The position numbers and the translations under genes were made by a program. From assembly GCA_048128005.1 (NCBI GenBank), contig JBEUKZ010000060.1:248001-312000 (forward strand): a DNA stretch of 64,000 nt, written 5' to 3'. Each line of letters opens with the position of its first letter. Within the stretch, counting starts at the first letter, position 1. The notes below the pieces were generated by a model that searched no databases, was not told where the DNA came from, and saw only the letters and a list, made by a program, of their open reading frames with translations. The DNA comes from Veleropilina oligotropha. Taxonomy: Eukaryota. Below, in pieces: positions 55,901 through 64,000 of this stretch.

Positions 55901-58900
55901 TGACGGTTCCATTACCAAATGCAATCCAAACGTTTTATCTGCTTTTTGACAAGATACGTTGTCAAATCCGCATTTTCTATAGACTACGCACTGAGCCGAA
56001 AGTTAATACTGAAACCCGAACTTCATCCAGTAACTTATCTTTTGCATGAATAACAATAACTTTCAAAAGAAATAATGAAATTGAACATATTCTAGTTGTT
56101 GCTTTTATCATTTCTTTATAACATGGAGATTTTGAATGTCGTAATATTTATGGATAGCAACAATGAATTCGATACAACTCGTACAAGGAAAAGTCGTTCC
56201 TCATTTCATAACAACTCGTGACAAAGCAGGATCGTTATTTCAAGATAGCATCATCATCGTCCTTGACAGGAGTGTAAATTCCAGCGATTGTCTTATTTTC
56301 TTTGATATAAAACTAGCAAGATAGGAAGACAATTATCTTCTTGTAAATTAAAGTTATAAGCGGCCGCGGCCCCAATATGTACGGATATTAAACCTTACAC
56401 TTGACTGACAGCATGTCTTCTTCGTGCCACACAAATGTAGCATCCCGGTGTGGCATACTTTACCTAATAGATTATAGTAACTACGCCACTGTCAAGACAT
56501 ACACGCGCCCTGTAACTGGAATTTTCCATCAGTAGTTGTTTAGTCAGCATCGAATGATCTCTCTAAACCAATGAAGTTAAAGAACTTGATAACCATTTGT
56601 GGACGAGTATCTTTTAAAATAGGGTAATTTGTATTGTGCAAATTAGTTCCGACCTGTCAGACCGCCAATCGAGGTTGAACTCATATAGTCCTATATCCGC
56701 TGCTTTGCTTTTGTTCTGCTGATGTAACCGCCATTATATTCCATGCTGCTGTAAAGAAACTTTATCTTCCAATGTATATTATAATTGACTCCATTGTCAA
56801 GTAACTGCAAGTTTACCCATGACATGGTTGTACCGGAGGAATCGATGACTGTCAGGTTCTATGTTAGTCACGGGACATGAATCCTTTACCATCAGATAAC
56901 TCTTTATGGAACTCACAACATTTCCGAACATGGGAGTTAACTTACGCGGACGTCTAAATTCCTTGAAGTCAGATATTGAGCAACGGACGATCACAACTTA
57001 GAAGCGGTTATCGCTGGTAGGAACTTTGCTACGACCGCGGAGGCGATGACCCCTTTTAAATAAGCTATTTTAACGCTATGCAGTAACCAAAGATATTAGA
57101 GACTGACATATTATCTCTCCTCGTCTTTGAGTTTTCCAGGAACGTCTTCGAATTAAGAAACTGAATGAAACGTGTGGCAATTTCACATTAGAACGAATAG
57201 AAGCATTCAGTATGATCTATCGCAATATTAAAAGTTGTTGTCACTCAAGGCGGTTACTGGTTCGCCTCTATGTTTATGGTTGGCCTACTTAGTACTGCTT
57301 ACATGTAGGCCTACTTAGATATTGTCCATTGATACGATCATACACACACTAAGCCAGTCTTTAGCCTTCAAATATTATTCTCCAAATCATGATATGTTGC
57401 TGCAAAAAAGCCTTTAAGCCGGTTATTTATGCAACTTGCGGCAGGTGAAATGGTGACCCTGTGTACCGGAAAATCGCGTCTGAGGCGTTCTGGTTTTCCA
57501 AATTATTCTACAATGCACAGCGCACTCGCGCGCCATTAACCATTTTTACGATTCAGCATACTTGCCAACCCTACCGACTCACACGGTGGGTTAAGCTGGT
57601 CGAACATATGTCCGTAAATGTGTCCGTTAACGGATGCGATTATTGGATCGAAATCGCATCCGATTATCGGTGGTTTCGAACCAACAATAACATTATTACC
57701 ACCACACATAGCCTATGTCCGTTACGTTTATTTTACGGATACGATAATTCCAACTTTCGGACATGTTCGATATTTGGTCGTTACCTACAAGCCAACAAGT
57801 AAACTGTTACTTGGTAGGATATGCGATGTGTTACAGTGTTCCAAAATTTTAAATATAGCTTCAAGAATATAGGATTATGGACAACTTTTGAACCTGCACA
57901 TGTGCACAATCTACTCATTGTTTAACCTGAGACAAATGGCAAGCCGTTCGCGTGGACTGATGATTTCACGCATCCTACAGCGTCTCTCAGGGTCTCCGCC
58001 AATGGAGTGAAATACTTGTGCAAATTGTTCTCTATTCAACCTAAAGTACTACGTAAACTTCGTCATACAATTTTCCTTCATAATTAAAGTGCGGAAAACA
58101 CATTTTTGCTTTTTTTTGAACATTTTTATATTTCCAATATCTTCTCTTTCTTCGTTTACTATTAGAATAAGCCATCAACATCATGATGATAAAGGGTTGT
58201 CGTCACGTTAGCAGTTTATATCAGACTAAAATTACGGACATATGTGTGATGGTTTTACGGATGCGATTTAGACTTGCGTTAATCGCATTCGTTTATCGTA
58301 TACGATAACTGACATATATGTGTAGCCAGCTTTACCAATTCTATAAAGCTGAAGACACATATATGCGTTAAACGGATCCGTTTAAACACTATATCTTCAA
58401 TATGTCCGTTCACATATATATGCGTCAACACGCATCCGTCACCGTCAGAGGATGCGTTAAACGCAATGCGTTCAACATGTTGAAGTAAAGCGCAAACGGA
58501 TCCGTTTTACGGAGAGGAGGTGACGTCATATGCATAAACACTGGGGAAACCACATAGCAAAGTAACCAAGTGCATTGTCGAAATTGCGAGATTTGGAAAT
58601 TTGACGTCAGAATTTGTAGAATCTGTAGTAGAGGAAGTTCGATAGCCTCCCTGTTCCTCGATCCTTTCGTTAGAACGTTTCCAATGTAATGTAGCGCCAA
58701 CGAAAAATGTACTTTTGTCGGTTCTGAGATACCAGATAAATTAATCATCGTTCATGTATAATTCCCTAAGTATGAGATTGTTCTTTCATGCTTCCAAAAC
58801 CTACGCCTTTGTGAATTTGTCGGCAGATGACGATAGGCAATAAGCATGACAATCGTACCTTCGTTATCGTCGGACAGATCCATGACAGAAAGGCTTTGAC

Positions 58901-59238
58901 GCATATAGCCTATGTGTACATGTCAAACGGATCCGTCTGACGCAGACGTCGACGCATCCGTTTAACGCATATAGGGGAACCCGGGGCAAAGCGGACCAAA
59001 AAAGTTTGGGTTGGTAAAACATGCCCAGAAAAACATTTTATTATGTCCTTTTACTTAGGACTAGCACTAGCGAGAGACACCAACAATATTCATCAAAATT
59101 ATAACTGAAGTAATATATATGAAATTTAAAATATTGAAAAAATTCCCCTTTTCCCCATTACATGCTCTCGGGGCAAAGTGAATCTTATGATGGGGCAAAG
59201 TGAGTTATACAGTTTTGCTCCATTGTCCTGGTACTGAA

Positions 59239-62200
59239 TCATTCCATACAGAATTCACATGTGTAATTCACGCCGTCATCTGATCCTGCACACTGCTCGT
59301 GTGCCCATTTCTGGCATGTGTCACACATGATCCACTGTTCGCCTGCTTTGGATTCTGAATAACGACTAGAACAGTAGATACATGCAGGGTTCTTAACAGT
59401 TGTTCCCGAATCGACGCTAACGGACTTTCCTTTTTCCGCTTTCCCTCCACCGCGACTCTTCTTTTTAGCATTGGAGTCGGCAAACAATTGAACTTTTGAG
59501 ACAGGTTTCTTTCGTTTCCGACCTTGATCACTCTGCAACTCTTTCATATATGGACTGCTCGTCAGAATTACAGTTTTTCCCCTTCTAATGTCTTGCCTTC
59601 GCGGTTGATTATTTTCGACTTTAGGGATACCCATTATGTCTGCCGGAGACTGGTAATTATTTCGGGATGCTGGTGCATTGCTAGCGGGTGGTGTATTGTT
59701 GGGTGGACAAGGAGAGGGTGATGTATGGTTGGATGGCCCTGGAGTTGCTGGTGCATTGTTTGATGGCACTGGATTTGCTGGTGCATTGTTGGATGGACCT
59801 GGAGCAGATAGTGCATTGTAGGATGGATCTGGATCGAGTGGTTTATTGTTGGATGGGCCTGAAGCGAGTGACGCGTTGTTGGCCGGATCTGGAGTGGGTG
59901 GTGCCTTGTTATCCGGACCTGGAGCGGGCGGTGCCATGGTGGCCGGACTTTGAATGGGAGGTGCTATGTTGGCCGGACCTGGAGCGGGCGGTGCCTCGTT
60001 GGCCGGATCTGGAGTGGGTGGTGCCTTGTTATCCGGACCTGGAGCGGGCGGTGCTATGGTGGCCGGACTTGGAATGGGAGGTGCTATGTTGGCCGGACCT
60101 GGAGCGGGCGGTGCCTCGTTGGCCGGATCTGGAGTGGGTGGTGCCTTGTTATCCGGACCTGGAGGGGGCGGTGCCATGGTGGCCGGACTTGGAATGGGAG
60201 GTGCTATGTTGGCCGGACCTGGAGCGGGCGGTGCCTCGTTGGCCGGATCTGGAGTGGGTGGTGCCTTGTTTTCCGGACCTGGAGCGGGCGGTGCTATGGT
60301 GGCCGGACTTGGAATGGGAGGTGCTATGTTGGCCGGACCTGGAGCGGGCGGTGCCTCGTTGGCCGGATCTGGAGTGGGTGGTGCCTTGTTATCCGGACCT
60401 GGAGCGGGCGGTGCCATGGTGGCCGGACTTGGAATGGGAGGTGCTATGTTGGCCGGACCGGGAGCGGGCGGTGCCTCGTTGGCCGAATCTGGAGTGGGTG
60501 GTGCCTTGTTATCTGGACCTGGAGCGGGCGGTGCTATGGTGGCCGGACTTGGAATGGGAGGTGCTATGTTGGCCGGACCTGGAGCGGGCTGTGCCTCGTT
60601 GGCCGGATCTGGAGTGGGTGGTGCCTTGTTATCCGGACCTGGAGCGGGCGGTGCCATGGTGGCCGGACTTGGAATGGGAGGTGCTATGTCGGCCGGACCT
60701 GGAGCGGGCGGTGCCTCGTTGGCCGGATCTGGAGTGGGTGGTGCCTTGTTATCCGGACCTGGAGCGGGCGGTGCAATGGTGGCCGGACTTGGAATGGGAG
60801 GTGCTATGTTGGCCGGACCTGGAGCGGGCGGTGCCTCGTTGGCCGGATCTGGAGTGGGTGGTGCCTTGTTATCCGGACCTGGAGAGGGCGGTGCCATGGT
60901 GACCGGACTTGGAATGGGAGGTGCTATGTTGGCCGGACCTTGAGTGGGCCGTGCCTCGTTGGCCGGATCTGGAGTGGGTGGTGCCTTGTTATCCGGACCT
61001 GGAGCGGGCGGTGCCATGGTGGCCGGACTTGGAATGGGAGGTGCTATGTTGGCCGGACCTGGAGCCGGCGGTGCCTCGTTGGCCGGACCTGGAGTGGGAT
61101 GTGCCATGTTGTCCGGACCTAGAGCGGGCGGTGCCATGTTGGCCGGACCTGGAGCGGGATGTGCCATGTTGGCCGGACCTGGAGCGGGCGGTACCACGTT
61201 TGCCGGACCTGGAACGGGTGGTTCCTCTACTGGTATGGGCCTATCTGTGGTTTCTGCTGCAGCAAACATGTGATCTGGGAAGATGTCAGGGTTAAAGGGA
61301 CATATCCCGGTTTTGGCAAAACCGTTCATGGCTGTTGTTGATGTCGCAGCCCTCTGGTAGGCAGCGCCAAACAAAGTTCCAACCTGGTAGATAGTGATGA
61401 CCTTCCCTGGATGGGTTCTGAGCCACACACGCACTTGTTGCTCATAGTAAGTACTTAACGGCCCCATGAATGAAACGTCAAGCGGTTGAATGCGATGTGA
61501 AGTGTGAGGTGGGATGACGAGAAGGTGGACGTGATTTACCCTCGCCTCTTCGATTAAGTTGATGTTCTTCGTGTGGGTTGCATGTCCATCAAATATTAGA
61601 AGTACAGGGTCTTCGACCGTAGGCTTCGCGTGACGTAAAAAGTGGTTGAACCATTTATCAGCGAATATATCAGACTGCATCCACCCAGACGGATGACATG
61701 CTATCACTGTTTCTGGCGGTGTTCGTATTTCAAAAAGCGGATTCACTTTCTTTCGCGGGAATACAGGCAACCGGGGGTATGTAGTTTCCCAGCGCATTGA
61801 AACAAATTTCCGCTGTTACGAGAGTTCCTCTCTCTGTCGAGGCCAGAGCACCGACTTGCTTTTTTCCTTTCATGGATAAAACCTTCGATGTCTTGTTTGG
61901 AACAGTCATGACTCTAGTTTCGTCGTTGTTATAGACACGACTTGGTGGAAAATGGAATCTGTCGTTCAGTGATCCCAGCAACTCGAAGAAATTCCCCACG
62001 ACCACCCTGTTGAAACCTGCTGCCCTAGCTGCTGAGGTTGCTTCTGGCGTGCGTAAAGAGATTACTTTGTGACGCTTCAAAAATCCGTAAACAAAATCCT
62101 CTCCTGCCATCTCCAGTTCCAATATGTTTCGGCTGCTTCTGAAAGCGTCATTGACTTGTCACGCACTTTAGCCACTGCATCTTTCATAACTTCTTTGGAC

Positions 62201-62241
62201 CATTTCTGCTGTTCAGTTTTCCGTTTGTAGTTGCGAACCAT
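59239..62241 (-). pseudogene. pogo transposase: psq-HTH, partial CENP-B HTH, DDE_1 (DD36D), Pro-rich repeat, PHD finger
   Basis: MVRNYKRKT...; YNNDET, LIFDGHATH, IQPLDVS; C-terminal CIYC...CDTC.KWAH..C...CEFC. Frameshift or deletion near 62125 and a frameshift near 61770. Confidence 0.88.
59873..61220. repeat. 30-bp tandem repeat organised as a 120-bp higher-order repeat, coding in frame
   Basis: Four 30-mer variants cycle: (PAPGPDNKAP)(PTPDPANEAP)(PAPGPANIAP)(PIPSPATMAP). Confidence 0.95.
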
Positions 62242-62889
62242 TTCGGCTTAAATGTGTGGAAACAATATATAGACAGATTCAAACCAAAGCAGAACAAATT
62301 ATAATTTTGGCAGATTTTTTCTAAACGGATCGATCGCGTGGGGCAAAGTGGAATTGAATCCACTTTGTCCCATCCACTTTGCCCCGACCATGTGATACTT
62401 TTGTACATATGTGTGTGTCTTCAGCATTAGGCTACTACCGACTACCGTTTTTAATAGATACGCATACCGATTCGAGATTTTAATAACGAGCACGCAGTGC
62501 CAGCGGCCATATTTGCCTGTACAGTAGCCCTATACGGAAAAGACAAAAAGATTATTTGCCATGATCGAATACGCGACCTGACGTTTCGGTAAAGTCTGCA
62601 AAGCCGAAGCGCGTTGTGGCTATATATATGTCACATGTCACGCCATATTCAACCAAATAAATTATCAGGAGGTTTGCTGGTCAATCTTTGCCATGGTCGA
62701 TTTCGAGGATACTGCAAAGATTATTATAGAAAATTTTACCGTTTTTAATAATTTCTATAATCTCCAAACATGAAATTCTTAAGCATAAAAAACTGTGAAT
62801 TTGTGTCCCAGAATGCAGGAGAACGCTTCTCAGAGCGTCCCAATAAAAAAAATCTTGGGGAGCGGCATGCCCCCAAACCCCCATAGATG

Positions 62890-64000
62890 ACACAGATGAC
62901 CACCAAAAATATAAAGAATGTGAAAAAACGTGTAAAAAAGAAATCCGAGCAGCCAAGAAATGTTTTGAAGAAAATCTAGCAAAAAACATCAAAGAAAATC
63001 CAAAATCATTTTATGCTTATATTAGGTCAAAACAAAAAACAAAAGATGTCGTAGGTCCCCTGAAAGATGAAAAGGGAAATTCTATATCAAATGATTCACA
63101 AATCGCAGAATCCTTAAACAAATATTTTGCATCTGTCTATACGTTGGAGGATACGGTAAACATGCCATCAGAAAAACATATCTTTCGAGAAAAGGAAAAC
63201 TTTTGTGAAAGTATTGAGATTACGACTGAAATGGTTGAAAAAAAGATAAACTTACTAAATGTCAGTAAAGCTCCAGGTCCGGACAATATATATCCCAAAT
63301 TGCTGAAAGCCGGTAAGGAAGAATTAGTAAAGCCATTAACCATGATATTCAATAAATCATTAAAAGAAGGAAGTTTGCCTGATGACTGGAAAATTGGTAA
63401 TATTACCCCAATCTTTAAGAAGGGAAGTAGGTCAAACACCCAAAATTATCGACCTATTAGTCTGACATCAATAGTAGGCAAGATCATGGAATCTATCTTA
63501 AAGGATGCTATCTTACAACACATTAATAAATTTGACTTGCTAAACCTTAGTCAGCATGGGTTTATGGCGAAACGGTCTTGTTTAACCAACTTACTGGAAT
63601 TTTTTGAAGATGTAACAGCCGCCATAGATACGGGCAAACCAGTTGATATAATATATCTTGATTTTCAAAAGGCATTCGACAAAGTACCACATAAACGGCT
63701 GATACAAAAATTAAGTAACCATGGTCTGAAAGGTCCAATATTAAACTGGATAAGGATGTGGCTAGAAAATAGAAAACAGAGGGTTGTAATAAATGGGATC
63801 AAGTCAAAGTGGGAGCCGGTACTAAGTGGAGTCCCACAAGGTTCTGTTTTGGGCCCATTGCTGTTTCTTATATATTTAAATGACATTGATGATGTCATTA
63901 CGTCTCTTGTAAAAAAGTTTGCAGACGATACCAAATTGTACAGAATTGTTGAAACTGAAGAAGATGCAAAAACACTTCAAAGTGATTTAAACAATCTGGT
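62890..64000 (+). mobile_element. 5'-truncated CR1-clade LINE, RT region (runs off window)
   Basis: KENPKSFYAY, KAPGPDNI, NYRPISLTS, QHGF..RSCLTNL, YLDFQKAFDKVPH, GVPQGSVLGP, FADDTK. Confidence 0.93.

Larger units (their letters stand above)
58971..62409 (-). mobile_element. pogo-family (Tc1/mariner, Fot1-like) DNA transposon, defective, inserted into the arm of a palindromic MITE
   Basis: cggggcaaagYgga motifs at both ends in inverted orientation. The flanks rejoin as the reverse complement of gctgaagacacatatatgcgttaaacggat (58349). Confidence 0.75.

Noticed and set aside
59688..61295. Plus-strand ORFs of 329-404 aa (WPDLE, GRTW, GAGG repeats)
   Set aside because: Antisense shadows of the 30-bp repeat in the minus-strand transposase.

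Overview
This is eukaryotic genomic DNA from an AT-rich invertebrate, probably a mollusc or other lophotrochozoan, judged from the synaptobrevin sequence. (1) About 1.1-15.4/16.1 kb is a GC-rich, intron-less, gene-dense endogenous dsDNA virus of the Polinton-like/adintovirus type. It encodes a retroviral-type integrase, an A32/FtsK-like packaging ATPase, major and minor capsid proteins and about 7 predicted membrane proteins, but no recognisable adenain protease. Its replicase is one ~1306-codon reading frame: Rho-N-like / OTU-like / exonuclease-less derived PolB / SF1B helicase / HNH nuclease, broken by a single in-frame TAG. (2) A host VAMP/synaptobrevin gene lies on + (about 17.5-49.9 kb). 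It has two same-length, apparently mutually exclusive transmembrane exons and alternative terminal exons. (3) Its large first intron holds a complete, young DIRS1-type tyrosine-recombinase retrotransposon (29130-36573, with ITRs, ICR and a CAT junction core), a 4.7-kb TG...CA fold-back element with a 5-bp TSD carrying a Penelope remnant, a 34-bp minisatellite and MITEs. A near-identical inverted DIRS end occupies 1-741. (4) A pogo-family transposase with an in-frame Pro-rich higher-order repeat and a PHD finger, and a CR1-type LINE fragment, end the window. All family assignments are from motif recognition by eye; no database searches were run.
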